DNA from: Eledone cirrhosa
Taxonomy: Eukaryota
Assembly (NCBI GenBank): GCA_964016885.1
Contig: OZ024743.1
Coordinates: 134,230,001 to 134,294,000 of the forward strand
Direction of reading: 5' to 3'
DNA: 64,000 nucleotides
Shown here: positions 26,201 through 40,100 of the stretch, one piece after another
Position numbering within the stretch: position 1 is the first letter of the stretch
Layout of the letters: every line of letters starts with the position of its first letter
The notes under the pieces: model-generated
Database searches by the model: none
Told to the model about the DNA's origin: nothing
What the model saw: the letters and a program-made list of their open reading frames with translations, nothing else
Translations under genes and position numbers: made by a program

Positions 26201-29200
26201 TGTATGTTGTTTGCTGTTTGGTGTTTGGTGTTTGGTGTTTGGTGCTTGGTGTTTGGTGCTTGGTGCTTGGTATTTGGTGCCTGGTGCTTGGTGCTTGGTG
26301 CTTGGTGTTTGGTGTTTTGTGCTTGGTGCTTGGATTTTGGTGTTTGGTGCTTGGTGATTGGTGATTCGTGTTTCGTGTTTGGTTTTTGGTGATTGGTGCT
26401 TGGTGCTTGGTCCTTGGTGTTTGGTGCTGGGTGCTTTGTGTTTGGTGCTTGGTGCTTGGTGCTTGGTGTTTGGTGTTTGCTGCTTGGTGTTTGATGCTTG
26501 GTGCTTGGTGCTTGGTGTTTTGTGTTTGGTGCTTGGTGCTTGGTGTTTGGTGCTTGGTGCTTGGTGCTTGGTGTTTGTACTTGGTGCTTGGTGATTGGTG
26601 TTTGGTTCTTGGTTCTTGGTGTTTGGTGTTTGGCGTTTGGTGTTTGGTGTTTGGTGCTTGGTGTTTGGTGCTTGGTGCTTGGTGTTTGGTGCCTGGTGCT
26701 TGGTGCTTGGTGCTTGGTGTTTGGTGTTTGGTGCTTGGTGCTTGGTGCTTGGAGTTTGGTGTTTGGTGCTTAGTGCTTGGTGTTTTGTGTTTGGTGTTTG
26801 GTTTTTGGTCCTTGGTGCTTGGTCCTTGGTGTTTGGTGCTGGGTGCTTTGTGTTTGGTGCTTGGTCCTTGGTGTTTGGTGTTTGCTGCTTGGTGTTTGGT
26901 GCTTGGTGGTTGGTGCTTGGTGTTTGTACTTGGTGCTTGGTGCTTGGTGTTTGGTGTTTGCTGCTTGGTGTTTGGTGCTTGGTGGTTGGTGCTTGGTGTT
27001 TGTACTTGGTGCTTGGTGCTTGGTGTTTGGTTCTTGGTTCTTGGTGTTTGGTACTTGGTGCTTGGTGCTTGATGTTTGGTGTTTGGTGCTTGGTGTTTGG
27101 TGCTTGGTGCTTGGTGCTTGGTGTTGGTGTTTGGTGCTTGGTCCTTGGTGTTTGGTGCTTGGTGTTTGGTGTTTGCTGTTTGGTGTTTGGTGTTTGGTGT
27201 TTGGTGTTTGCTGTTTGGTGTCTGCTTTTTGGTGTTTAGTGTTTGCTGTATGGTGTTTGGTGTTTGCTGTTTGGTGTTTGGTGTTTGGTGCTTGGTGTTT
27301 GGTGCTTGGTGCTTGGTGTTTGGTGTTTGGTGCTTTGTGCTTGGTGTTTGGTGTTTGGTGCTTGGTGTTTGGTGTTTGGTGCTTGGTGTCTGGTGCTTGG
27401 TGTTTGGTGTTTGGTGCTTGCTGCTGGCTGCTTCGTGTTTGATGCATGGTGATTGGTGCTTGGTGTTTGGTGCTTGGTGTTTGGTGTTTGATGCTTGGTG
27501 CTTGGTGCTTGGTGTTTGGTGCTTGGTGCTTGGTGTTTGGTGCTTGGTGCTTGGTGTTTGGTGCTTGGTGTTTGGTGCTTGGTGCTTGGTGTTTGGTGTT
27601 TGGTGCTTGGTGTTGGATGCTTGGTACTTGGTGCTTGGTGCTTGGTGTTAGGTGTTTGGTGCTTAGTGCTTGGTGTCTGGTGTCTGGTTTTTGGTGCTTG
27701 GTGCTTGGTGTTTGGTGTTTGGTGCTTGCTGCTGGCTGCTTGGTGTTTGGTGCTTGGTGAATGCTGCTTGGTGTTTGGTGCTTGGTGTTTGTACTTGGTG
27801 CTTGGTGCTTGGTTCTTGGTGTTTGCTGCTTGGTGCTTGGTGTTTGGTGCTTGGTGTTTGGTGTTTGGTGCTTGGTGTTTGGTGCTTGGTGTTTGGTGCT
27901 TGGTGCTTGGTGCTTGGTGTTTGGTGTTTGGTGCTTGGTGTTTGGTGCTTGGTGTTAGGTGTTTGGTGCTTGGTGCTTGGTGTTTGCTGTTTGCTGTTTG
28001 GTGTTTGCTGTTTGGTGTTTGCTGTTTCGTGTCTACTTTTTGGTGTTTGGTTTTTTGCTGTATGTTGTTTGGTGTTTGGTGTTTGGTGCTTGGTGCTTGG
28101 TGTTTGTACTTGATGCTTGGTGCTTGGTTCTTGGTGTTTGGTGCTTGGTGCTTGGTGTTTGGTGCTTGGTGTTTGGTGTTTGGTGCTTGGTGTTTGGTGC
28201 TTGGTGTTTGGTGCTTGGTGCTTGGTGCTTGGTGCTTGGTGTTTGGTGCTTGGTGTTTGGTGCTTGGTGTTCGATGCTTGGTGCTTGGTGCTTGGTGTTT
28301 GGTGCTTGGTGCTTGGTGTTTGTACTTGGTGCTTGGTGCTCGGTTCTTGGTGTTTGGTGCTTGGTGCTTGGTGTTTGGTGCTTGGTGCTTGGTGTTTGGT
28401 GCTTGGTGTTTGGTGCTTGGTGTTTGGTGCTTGGTGCTTGGTGCTTGGTGCTTGGTGTTTGGTGCTTGGTGTTTGGTGCTTGGTGTTAGGTGTTTGGTGC
28501 TTGGTGCTTGGTGTTTGGTGCTTGGTGTTTGGTGCTTGGTGTTTGGTGTTAGGTGTTTGATGCTTGGTGTTTGGTGTTTGGTGCTTGGTGTTTGGTGCTT
28601 GGTGCTTGGTGTTTGGTGTTTGGTGCTTGGTGTTTGGTGCTTGGTACTTGGTGCTTGGTGCTTGGTGTTAGGTGTTTGGTGCTTGGTGATTGGTTTTTGG
28701 TGCTTGGTGCTTGGTGTTTGGTGTTTGGTGCTTGCTGCTGGCTGCTTGGTGTTTGATGCTTGGTGATTGGTGCTTGGTGTTTGGTGCTTGGTGTTTGGTG
28801 TTTGGTGCTAGGTGCTTGGTGTTAGGTGTTTGGTGCTTGGTGCTTGGTGTTTGGTGTTTGGTGCTTGGTGTTTGGTGTTTGGTGTTTGGTGCTTGGTGTT
28901 TGGTGTTTGGTGCTTGGTGTTTGGTGCTTGGTATTTGGTACTTGGTGCTTGGTGTTAGGTGTTTGGTGCTTGGTGCTTGGTGTTTGGTTTTTGGTGCTTG
29001 GTGCTTGGTGTTTGGTGTTTGGTGCTTGCTGCTGGCTGCTTGGTGTTTGGTGCTTGGTGATTGGTGCTTGGTGTTTGGTGCTAGGTGCTTGGTGCTTGGT
29101 GTTTGGTGCTTGGTGCTTGGTGTTTGGTGCTTGGTGCTTGGTGTTTGGTGCTTGGTGCTGGGTGGTTGGTGTTTGGTGCTTGGTGTTTGGTGCTTGGTGC

Positions 29201-32200
29201 TTGGTCTTTGGGGCTTGGTGTTTGGTGTTTGGTGCTTGGTGCTTGGTGCTTGGTGTTTAGTGCTTGGTGCTTAGTGTTTGGTGCTAGGTGCTTGGGGTTT
29301 GGTTCTTGGTTCTTGGTGTTAGGTATTTGCTGTTTGCTGTTTGGTGTTTGTTGTTTGGTGTTTGTTGTTTGGTGTTTGCTGTTTGGTGTTTGGTGTTTGC
29401 TGTTTCGTGTCTGCTTTTTGGTGTTTGGTGTTTGCTGTATGTTGTTTGGTGTTTGGTGTTTGGTGTTTGGTGTTTGGTGCTTGGTGCTTGGTGCTTGGTG
29501 TTTGGTGCTTGGTGCTTGGTGTTTGGTGCCTGGTGCTTGGTGCTTGGTGTTTGGTGTTTGATGCTTGGTGCTTGGTGCTTGGTGCTTGGTGTTTTGTGTT
29601 TGGTGTTTGGTTTTTGGTGCTTGGTGCTTGGTGCTTGGTCCTTGGTGTTTGGTGCTGGGTGCTTTGTGTTTGGTGCTTGGTGTTTGGTGTTTGCTGCTTG
29701 GTGTTTGATGCTTGGTGCTTGGTGCTTGGTGTTTTGTGTTTGGTGCTTGGTGCTTGGTGTTTGGTGTTTGGTGCTTGGTGTTTGTACTTGGTGCTTGGTG
29801 CTTGGTGTTTGGTTCTTGGTTCTTGGTGTTTGGTACTTGGTGCTTGGTGCTTGGTGCTTGGTGTTTCGTGTTTGGTGCTTGGTGTTTGGTGCTTGGTGCT
29901 TGGTGCTTGGTGCTTGGTGCTTGGTGTTTGGTGCTTGGTGTTTGGTGTTTGCTGTTTGGTGTTTGGTGTTTGGTGTTTGGTGTTTGCTGTTTGGTGTCTG
30001 CTTTTTGGTGTTTAGTGTTTGCTGTATGGTGTTTGCTGTTTCGTGTTTGGTGTTTGTTGTTTGGAGTTTGGTCTTTGGTGCTTGGTGTTTGGTGCTTGGT
30101 GCTTGGTGCTTGGTGTTTGGTGTTTGGTGCTTGGTGCTTGGTGTTTGGTGTTTGTTGTTTGGTGCTTGGTGTCTGGTGCTTGGTGTTTGGTGTTTGGTGC
30201 TTGGTGTTTGGTGTTCGGTGTTTGGTGCTTTGTGCTTGGTGTTTGGTGTTCGGTGTTTGGTGCTTGGTGTTTGGTGTTTGGTGCTTTTTGCTTGGTGCTT
30301 GGTGTTTGGTGTTTGGTGCTTGGTGTTTGGTGCTGGGTGCTTGGTGCTTGGTGTTTGGTGTTTGGTGCTTGGTGCTTGGTGTTTGGTGTTTGGTGTTATA
30401 TGCTTGGTGTTTGATGCTTGGTGCTTGTTGCTTGGTGTTTGGTGTTTGGCGTTTGATGATTGGTGCTTGGTGCTTGGTGTTTGGTGCTTGGTGCTTGGTG
30501 TTTGTACTTGGTGCTTGGTGCTTGGTGCTTGGTGTTTGGTGTTTGGTGTTTGGTGCTTGGTGCTTGGTGCTTGGTGCTTGGTGTTTGGCGGTTGGTGTTT
30601 GGTGCTTGGTGTTAGGTGTTTGGTGCTTGGTGCTTGGTGTTTGGTGTTTGGTGCTTGGTGTTTGGTGTTTGGTGCTTGGTGTTTGGTGCTTGGTACTTGG
30701 TGCTTGGTGCTAGGTGTTTGGTGCTTGGAGCATGGTGCTTGGTGTTTGGTGCTTGGTGCTTGGTGCTTGGTGCTTGGTGTTTGGTGGTTGGTGTTTGGTG
30801 CTTGGTGTTAGGTGTTTGGTGCTTGGTGCTTGGTGTTTGGTGTTTGGTGCTTGGTGTTTGGTGTTTGGTGCTTGGTGTTTGGTGCTTTTTGCTTGGTGCT
30901 TGGTGCTTGGTGTTTGGTGCTTGGTGTTTGGTGCTGGGTGCTTGGTGCTTGGTGTTTGGTGTTTGGTGCTTGGTTCTTGGTGTTTGGTATTTGGTGTTAT
31001 ATGCTTGATGTTTGATCCTTGGTGCTTGGTGCTTGGTGTTTGGTGTTTGGTGCTTGGTGTTTGATGCTTGGTGCTTGGTGCTTGGTGTTTGGTGCTTGGT
31101 GCTTGGTGTTTGGTGCTTGGTGCTTGGTGCTTGCTGTTTGGTGCTTGGTGTTTGGTGCTTGGTGCTTGGTGCTTGGTGCTTGCTGTTTGGTGGTTGGTGC
31201 TTGGTGCTTGGTGTTAGGTGTTTGGTGCTTGGTGCTTGGTGTTTGGTGTTTGGTGCTTGGTGTTTGGTGTTTGGTGCTTGGTGTTTGGTGCTTGGTACTT
31301 GGTGCTTGGTGCTTGGTGTTAGGTGTTTGGTGCTTGGTGCTTGGTGTCTGGTTTTTGGTGCTTGGTGCTTGGTGTTTGGTGTTTGGTGCTTGCTGCTGGC
31401 TGCTTGGTTCTTGGTGTTTGGTGCTTGGTGCTTGGTGTTTGGTGCTTGGTGCTTGGTGTTTGGTGCTTGGTGATTGGTGCTTGGTGCTTGGTGCTTGGTG
31501 CTTGGTGTTTGGTGCTTGGTGTTTGGTGCTTGGTGTTAGGTGTTTGTTGCTTGGTGCTTGGTCTTTGGTGTTTGGTGCTGGGTGTTTGGTGTTTGGTGTT
31601 ATATGCTTGGTGTTTGATGCTTGGTGCTTGGTGCTTGGTGTTTGGTGCTTGGTGCTTGGTGTTTGTACTTGGTGCTTGGTGCTTGGTTCTTGGTGTTTGG
31701 TGATTGGTGCTTGGTGTTTGGTGCTTGGTGCTTAGTGTTTGGTGCTTGGTGTTTGGTGCTTGGTGCTTGGTGCTTGGTGCTTGGTATTTGGTGCTTGGTG
31801 TTTGGTGCTTGGTGTTTGGTGCTTGGTGCTTGGTGCTTGGTGTTTAGTGTTTGGTGGTTGGTGTTTGGTGTTTGGTGTTAGGTGTTTGGTGCTTGGTGTT
31901 TGGTGTTTGGTGCTTGGTGTTTGGTGCTTGGTGCTTGGTGTTTGGTGTTTGGTGCTTGGTGTTTGGTGCTTGGTACTTGGTGCTTGGTGCTTGGTGTTAG
32001 GTGTTTGGTGCCTGGTGCTTGGTGCTTGGTGTTTGTACTTGGTGCTTGGTGCTTGGTTCTTGGTGTTTGGTGATTGGTGCTTGGTGCTTAGTGTTTGGTG
32101 CTTGGTGTTTGGTGCTTGGTGCTTGGTGCTTGGTGCTTGGTATTTGGTGCTTGGTGTTTGGTGCTTGGTGTTTGGTGTTTGGTGCTTGCTGCTGGCTGTT

Positions 32201-32504
32201 TGGTGTTTGATGCTTGGTGATTGGTGCTTGGTGTTTGGTGCTTGGTGTTTGGTGTTTGGTGCTAGGTGCTTGGTGTTTGGTGCTTGGTGCTGGGTGGTTG
32301 GTGTTTAGTGTTTGGTGTTTGGTGCTGGGTGCTTGGTGTTTGCTGCTTGGTGGTTGGTCTTTGGTGCTTGGTGTTTAGTGTTTGGTGCTTGGTGCTTGGT
32401 GCTTGGTCTTTGGTGCTTGGTGCTTGGTGTTTGGTGCTTGGTGTTTAGTGTTTGGTGCTTGGTGCTTAGTGTTTGGTGCTAGGTGCTTGGTGTTTGGTGC
32501 TTGG

Positions 32505-32765
32505 TGTTTAGGTGCCTGGTGCTTGGTGTTTGGTGTTTGGTGTTTGGTGCTTGGTGCTTGGTGTTTGGTGTTTGCTGTTTGCTGTTTGGTGTTTGTTGTT
32601 TGGTGTTTGTTGTTTGGTGTTTGCTGTTTGGTGTTTAGGTGCCTGGTGCTTGGTGTTTGGTGTTTGGTGTTTGGTGCTTGGTGCTTGGTGTTTGGTGTTT
32701 GCTGTTTGCTGTTTGGTGTTTGTTGTTTGGTGTTTGTTGTTTGGTGTTTGCTGTTTGGTGTTTAG
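32505..32765. repeat. Local tandem duplication, period 127 bp (17 x 7 bp plus one 8-bp unit)
   Basis: TTTAGGTGCCTGG followed by the T-rich TTGCTGT/TTGTTGT block occurs twice. ORF starts 32512 and 32639 are 127 apart. Confidence 0.8.
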
Positions 32766-33796
32766 TGTTTGCTGTATGTTGTTTGCTGTTTGGTGTTTGG
32801 TGTTTGGTGTTTGGTGTTTGGTGCTTGTTCCTTGGTGTTTGGTGCTTGGTGTTTGGTGCCTGGTGCTTGGTGCTTGGTGCTTGGTGTTTGGTGTTTGGTG
32901 CTTGGTGCTTGGTGCTTGGAGTTTGGTGTTTGGTGCTTGGTGCTTGGTGTTTTGTGTTTCGTGTTTGGTTTTTGGTGCTTGGTGCTTGGTGCTTGGTCCT
33001 TGGTGTTTGGTGCTGGGTGCTTTGTGTTTGGTGCTTGGTGCTTGGTGCTTGGTGTTTGGTGTTTGCTGCTTGGTGTTTGATGCTTGGTGCTTGGTGCTTG
33101 GTGTTTGGTGTTTGCTGCTTGGTGTTTGATGCTTGGTGCTTGGTGCTTGGTGTTTTGTGTTTGGTGCTTGGTTCTTGGTGTTTGGTGCTTGGTGCTTGGT
33201 GCTTGGTGTTTGGTGCTTGGTGCTTGGTGTTTGGTGCTTGGTGTTTGGTGCTTGGTGCTTGGTGTTTGGTGTTTGGTGCTTGGTGTTGGGTGCTTGGTAC
33301 TTGGTGCTTGGTGCTTGGTGTTAGGTGTTTGGTGCTTGGTGCTTGGTGTATGGTGTCTGGTTTTTGGTGCTTGGGGCTTGGTGTTTGGTGTTTGGTGCTT
33401 GCTGCTGGCTGCTTGGTGTTTGGTGCTTGGTGATTGCTGCTTGGTGTTTGGTGCTTGGTGTTTGTACTTGGTGCTTGGTGCTTGGTTCTTGGTGTTTGCT
33501 GCTTGGTGCTTGGTGTTTGGTGCTTGGTGTTTGGTGTTTGGTGCTTGGTGTTTGGTGCTTGGTGTTTGGTGCTTGGTGCTTGGTGCTTGGTGTTTGGTGC
33601 TTGGTGTTTGGTGCTTGGTGTTAGGTGTTTGGTGCTTGGTGCTTGGTGTTTGCTGTTTGCTGTTTGGTGTTTGGTGTTTGGTGTTTGCTGTTTCGTGTCT
33701 ACTTTTTGGTGTTTGGTTTTTTGCTGTATGTTGTTTGGTGTTTGGTGTTTGGTGCTTGGTGCTTGGTGTTTGTACTTGATGCTTGGTGCTTGGTTC

Positions 33797-36700
33797 TTGG
33801 TGTTTGGTGCTTGGTGCTTGGTGTTTGGTGCTTGGTGTTTGGTGTTTGGTGCTTGGTGTTTGGTGCTTGGTGTTTGGTGCTTGGTGCTTGGTGCTTGGTG
33901 CTTGGTGTTTGGTGCTTGGTGTTTGGTGCTTGGTGTTCGATGCTTGGTGCTTGGTGCTTGGTGTTTGGTGCTTGGTGCTTGGTGTTTGTACTTGGTGCTT
34001 GGTGCTCGGTTCTTGGTGTTTGGTGCTTGGTGCTTGGTGTTTGGTGCTTGGTGCTTGGTGTTTGGTGCTTGGTGTTTGGTGCTTGGTGTTTGGTGCTTGG
34101 TGCTTGGTGCTTGGTGCTTGGTGTTTGGTGCTTGGTGTTTGGTGCTTGGTGTTAGGTGTTTGGTGCTTGGTGCTTGGTGTTTGGTGCTTGGTGTTTGGTG
34201 CTTGGTGTTTGGTGTTAGGTGTTTGATGCTTGGTGTTTGGTGTTTGGTGCTTGGTGTTTGGTGCTTGGTGCTTGGTGTTTGGTGTTTGGTGCTTGGTGTT
34301 TGGTGCTTGGTACTTGGTGCTTGTTGCTTGGTGTTAGGTGTTTGGTGCTTGGTGATTGGTTTTTGGTGCTTGGTGCTTGGTGTTTGGTGTTTGGTGCTTG
34401 CTGCTGGCTGCTTGGTGTTTGATGCTTGGTGATTGGTGCTTGGTGTTTGGTGCTTGGTGTTTGGTGTTTGGTGCTAGGTGCTTGGTGTTAGGTGTTTGGT
34501 GCTTGGTGCTTGGTGTTTGGTGTTTGGTGCTTGGTGTTTGGTGTTTGGTGTTTGGTGCTTGGTGTTTGGTGTTTGGTGCTTGGTGTTTGGTGCTTGGTAT
34601 TTGGTACTTGGTGCTTGGTGTTAGGTGTTTGGTGCTTGGTGCTTGGTGTTTGGTTTTTGGTGCTTGGTGCTTGGTGTTTGGTGTTTGGTGCTTGCTGCTG
34701 GCTGCTTGGTGTTTGGTGCTTGGTGATTGGTGCTTGGTGTTTGGTGCTAGGTGCTTGGTGCTTGGTGTTTGGTGCTTGGTGCTTGGTGTTTGGTGCTTGG
34801 TGCTTGGTGTTTGGTGCTTGGTGCTTGGTGCTTGGTGTTTGGTGCTTGGTGCTTGGTGTTTAGTGCTTGGTGCTTAGTGTTTGGTGCTAGGTGCTTGGGG
34901 TTTGGTTCTTGGTTCTTGGTGTTAGGTATTTGCTGTTTGCTGTTTGGTGTTTGTTGTTTGGTGTTTGTTGTTTGGTGTTTGCTGTTTGGTGTTTGGTGTT
35001 TGCTGTTTCGTGTCTGCTTTTTGGTGTTTGGTGTTTGCTGTATGTTGTTTGGTGTTTGGTGTTTGGTGTTTGGTGTTTGGTGCTTGGTGCTTGGTGCTTG
35101 GTGCTTGCTGTTTGGTGCTTGGTGTTTGGTGCTTGGTGCTTGCTGTTAGGTGTTTGGTGTTTGGTTCTTGGTGGTTGGTGTTTGGTGTTTGGTGTCTGGT
35201 GCTTGGTGCTTGGTGCTTGGTGTTTGGTGCCTGGTGCTTGGTGCTTGGTGTTTGGTGTTTGATGCTTGGTGCTTGGTGCTTGGTGCTTGGTGTTTTGTGT
35301 TTGGTGTTTGGTTTTTGGTGCTTGGTGCTTGGTGCTTGGTCCTTGGTGTTTGGTGCTGGGTGCTTTGTGTTTAGTGCTTGGTGTTTGGTGTTTGCTGCTT
35401 GGTGTTTGATGCTTGGTGCTTGGTGCTTGGTGTTTTGTGTTTGGTGCTTGGTGCTTGGTGTTTGGTGCTTGGTGCTTGGTGTTTGGTGCTTGGTGTTTGG
35501 TGTTTGGTGCTTGGTGTTTGGTGCTTGGTGTTTGGTGCTTGGTGCTTGGTGCTTGGTGCTTGGTGTTTGGTGCTTGGTGTTTGGTGCTTGGTGTTCGATG
35601 CTTGGTGCTTGGTGCTTGGTGTTTGGTGCTTGGTGCTTGGTGTTTGTACTTGGTGCTTGGTGCTCGGTTCTTGGTGTTTGGTGCTTGGTGCTTGGTGTTT
35701 GGTGCTTGGTGCTTGGTGTTTGGTGCTTGGTGTTTGGTGCTTGGTGTTTGGTGCTTGGTGCTTGGTGCTTGGTGCTTGGTGTTTGGTGCTTGGTGTTTGG
35801 TGCTTGGTGTTAGGTGTTTGGTGCTTGGTGCTTGGTGTTTGGTGCTTGGTGTTTGGTGCTTGGTGTTTGGTGTTAGGTGTTTGATGCTTGGTGTTTGGTG
35901 TTTGGTGCTTGGTGTTTGGTGCTTGGTGCTTGGTGTTTGGTGTTTGGTGCTTGGTGTTTGGTGCTTGGTACTTGGTGCTTGTTGCTTGGTGTTAGGTGTT
36001 TGGTGCTTGGTGATTGGTTTTTGGTGCTTGGTGCTTGGTGTTTGGTGTTTGGTGCTTGCTGCTGGCTGCTTGGTGTTTGATGCTTGGTGATTGGTGCTTG
36101 GTGTTTGGTGCTTGGTGTTTGGTGTTTGGTGCTAGGTGCTTGGTGTTAGGTGTTTGGTGCTTGGTGCTTGGTGTTTGGTGTTTGGTGCTTGGTGTTTGGT
36201 GTTTGGTGTTTGGTGCTTGGTGTTTGGTGTTTGGTGCTTGGTGTTTGGTGCTTGGTATTTGGTACTTGGTGCTTGGTGTTAGGTGTTTGGTGCTTGGTGC
36301 TTGGTGTTTGGTTTTTGGTGCTTGGTGCTTGGTGTTTGGTGTTTGGTGCTTGCTGCTGGCTGCTTGGTGTTTGGTGCTTGGTGATTGGTGCTTGGTGTTT
36401 GGTGCTAGGTGCTTGGTGCTTGGTGTTTGGTGCTTGGTGCTTGGTGTTTGGTGCTTGGTGCTTGGTGTTTGGTGCTTGGTGCTTGGTGCTTGGTGTTTGG
36501 TGCTTGGTGCTTGGTGTTTAGTGCTTGGTGCTTAGTGTTTGGTGCTAGGTGCTTGGGGTTTGGTTCTCGGTTCTTGGTGTTAGGTATTTGCTGTTTGCTG
36601 TTTGGTGTTTGTTGTTTGGTGTTTGTTGTTTGGTGTTTGCTGTTTGGTGTTTGGTGTTTGCTGTTTCGTGTCTGCTTTTTGGTGTTTGGTGTTTGCTGTA

Positions 36701-37135
36701 TGTTGTTTGGTGTTTGGTGTTTGGTGTTTGGTGTTTGGTGCTTGGTGCTTGGTGCTTGGTGCTTGCTGTTTGGTGCTTGGTGTTTGGTGCTTGGTGCTTG
36801 CTGTTAGGTGTTTGGTGTTTGGTTCTTGGTGGTTGGTGTTTGGTGTTTGGTGTCTGGTGCTTGGTGCTTGGTGCTTGGTGTTTGGTGCCTGGTGCTTGGT
36901 GCTTGGTGTTTGGTGTTTGATGCTTGGTGCTTGGTGCTTGGTGCTTGGTGTTTTGTGTTTGGTGTTTGGTTTTTGGTGCTTGGTGCTTGGTGCTTGGTCC
37001 TTGGTGTTTGGTGCTGGGTGCTTTGTGTTTAGTGCTTGGTGTTTGGTGTTTGCTGCTTGGTGTTTGATGCTTGGTGCTTGGTGCTTGGTGTTTTGTGTTT
37101 GGTGCTTGGTGCTTGGTGTTTGGTGCTTGGTGCTT
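33797..37135. repeat. Near-perfect tandem duplication, period 1658 bp
   Basis: TTCGA at 33936/35594. ORF pairs 34219/35877, 34356/36014, 34492/36150 and 35150/36808 are identical at offset 1658. One visible SNP: GGTTCTTGG at ~34903 vs GGTTCTCGG at ~36561. Confidence 0.92.
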
Positions 37136-40100
37136 GGTGTTTGTACTTGGTGCTTGGTGCTTGGTGTTTGGTTCTTGGTTCTTGGTGTTTGGTACTTGGT
37201 GCTTGGTGCTTGGTGCTTGGTGTTTTGTGTTTGGTGCTTGGTGTTTGGTGCTTGGTGCTTGGTGCTTGGTGCTTGGTGCTTGGTGTTTGGTGCTTGGTGT
37301 TTGGTGTTTGCTGTTTGGTGTTTGGTGTTTGGTGTTTGGTGTTTGCTGTTTGGTGTCTGCTTTTTGGTGTTTAGTGTTTGCTGTATGGTGTTTGCTGTTT
37401 CGTGTTTGGTGTTTGTTGTTTGGAGTTTGGTCTTTGGTGCTTGGTGTTTGGTGCTTGGTGCTTGGTGCTTGGTGTTTGGTGTTTGGTGCTTGGTGCTTGG
37501 TGTTTGGTGTTTGTTGTTTGGTGCTTGGTGTCTGGTGCTTGGTGTTTGGTGTTTGGTGCTTGGTGTTTGGTGTTCGGTGTTTGGTGCTTTGTGCTTGGTG
37601 TTTGGTGTTCGGTGTTTGGTGCTTGGTGTTTGGTGTTTGGTGCTTTTTGCTTGGTGCTTGGTGCTTGGTGTTTGGTGCTTGGTGTTTGGTGCTGGGTGCT
37701 TGGTGCTTGGTGTTTGGTGTTTGGTGCTTGGTGCTTTGTGTTTGGTGTTTGGTGTTATATGCTTGGTGTTTGATGCTTGGTGCTTGGTGCTTGGTGCTTG
37801 GTGTTTGGCGTTTGATGATTGGTGCTTGGTGCTTGGTGTTTGGTGCTTGGTGCTTGGTGTTTGTACTTGGTGCTTGGAGCTTGGTGCTTGGTGTTTGGTG
37901 CTTGGTGTTTGGTGCTTGGTGCTTGGTGCTTGGTGCTTGGTGTTTGGTGGTTGGTGTTTGGTGCTTGGTGTTAGGTGTTTGGTGCTTGGTGCTTGGTGTT
38001 TGGTGTTTGGTGCTTGGTGTTTGGTGTTTGGTGCTTGGTGTTTGGTGCTTGGTACTTGGTGCTTGGTGCTAGGTGTTTGGTGCTTGGAGCATGGTGCTTG
38101 GTGTTTGGTGCTTGGTGTTTGGTGCTTGGTGCTTGGTGCTTTGTGCTTGGTGTTTGGTGGTTGGTGTTTGGTGCTTGGTGTTAGGTGTTTGGTGCTTGGT
38201 GCTTGGTGTTTGGTGTTTGGTGCTTGGTGTTTGGTGTTTGGTGCTTGGTGTTTGGTACTTTTTGCTTGGTGCTTGGTGCTTGGTGTTTGGTGCTTGGTGT
38301 TTGGTGCTGGGTGCTTGGTGCTTGGTGTTTGGTGTTTGGTGCTTGGTGCTTGGTGTTTGGTATTTGGTGTTATATGCTTGATGTTTGATCCTTGGTGCTT
38401 GGTGCTTGGTGTTTGGTGTTTGGTGGTTGGTGTTTGATGCTTGGTGCTTGGTGCTTGGTGTTTGGTGCTTGGTGCTTGGTGTTTGGTGCTTGGTGCTTGG
38501 TGCTTGCTGTTTGGTGCTTGGTGTTTGGTGCTTGGTGCTTGGTGCTTGGTGCTTGCTGTTTGGTGGTTGGTGCTTGGTGCTTGGTGTTAGGTGTTTGGTG
38601 CTTGGTGCTTGGTGTTTGGTGTTTGGTGCTTGGTGTTTGGTGTTTGGTGCTTGGTGTTTGGTGCTTGGTACTTGGTGCTTGGTGCTTGGTGTTAGGTGTT
38701 TGGTGCTTGGTGCTTGGTGTCTGGTTTTTGGTGCTTGGTGCTTGGTGTTTGGTGTTTGGTGCTTGCTGCTGGCTGCTTGGTGTTTGGTGCTTGGTGATTG
38801 CTGCTTGGTGTTTGGTGCTTCGTGTTTGGTGTTTGGTGCTAGGTGCTTGGTGTTTGGTGCTTGCTGCTTGGTGTTTGTACTTGGTGCTTGGTGCTTGGTT
38901 CTTGGTGTTTGGTGCTTGGTGCTTGGTGTTTGGTGCTTGGTGCTTGGTGTTTGGTGCTTGGTGATTGGTGCTTGGTGCTTGGTGCTTGGTGCTTGGTGTT
39001 TGGTGCTTGGTGTTTGGTGCTTGGTGTTAGGTGTTTGTTGCTTGGTGCTTGGTCTTTGGTGTTTGGTGCTTGGTGTTTGGTGTTTGGTGTTATATGAATG
39101 GTGTTTGATGCTTGGTGCTTGGTGCTTGGTGTTTGGTGCTTGGTGTTTGATGCTTGGTGCTTGGTGCTTGGTGTTTGGTGCTTGGTGCTTGGTGTTTGTA
39201 CTTGGTGCTTGGTGCTTGGTTCTTGGTGTTTGGTGCTTGGTGGTTGGTGTTTGGTGCTTGGTGCTTGGTGTTTGGTGCTTGGTGTTTGGTGCTTGGTGTT
39301 TGGTGCTTGGTGCTTGGTGCTTGGTGCTTGGTGTTTGGTGCTTGGTGTTTGGTGCTTGGTGTTTGGTGCTTGGTGCTTGGTGCTTGGTGTTTGGTGTTTG
39401 GTGGTTGGTGTTTGGTGTTTGGTGTTAGGTGTTTGGTGCTTGGTGTTTGGTGTTTGGTGCTTGGTGTTTGGTGCTTGGTGCTTGGTGTTTGGTGTTTGGT
39501 GCTTGGTGTTTGGTGCTTGGTACTTGGTGCTTGGTGCTTGGTGTTAGGTGTTTGGTGCTTGGTGCTTGGTGTTTGGTTTTTGGTGCTTGGTGTTTGGTGT
39601 TTGGTGCTTGCTGCTGGCTGCTTGGTGTTTGATGCTTGGTGATTGGTGCTTGGTGTTTGGTGCTTGGTGTTTGGTGTTTGGTGCTAGGTGCTTGGTGTTT
39701 GGTGCTTGGTGCTGGGTGGTTGGTGTTTAGTGTTTGGTGTTTGGTGCTGGGTGCTTGGTGTTTGCTGCTTGGTGCTTGGTCTTTGGTGCTTGGTGTTTGG
39801 TGTTTGGTGCTTGGTGCTTGGTGCTTGGTGTTTGGTGCTTGGTGCTTGGTGTTTGGTGCTTGGTGTTTAGTGTTTGGTGCTTGGTGCTTAGTGTTTGGTG
39901 CTAGGTGCTTGGTGTTTGGTGCTTGGTGTTTAGGTGCCTGGTGCTTGGTGTTTGGTGTTTGGTGTTTGGTGCTTGGTGCTTGGTGTTTGGTGTTTGCTGT
40001 TTGCTGTTTGGTGTTTGTTGTTTGGTGTTTGTTGTTTGGTGTTTGCTGTTTGGTGTTTGGTGTTTGCTTTTTGGTGTTTAGTGTTTGCTGTATGTTGTTT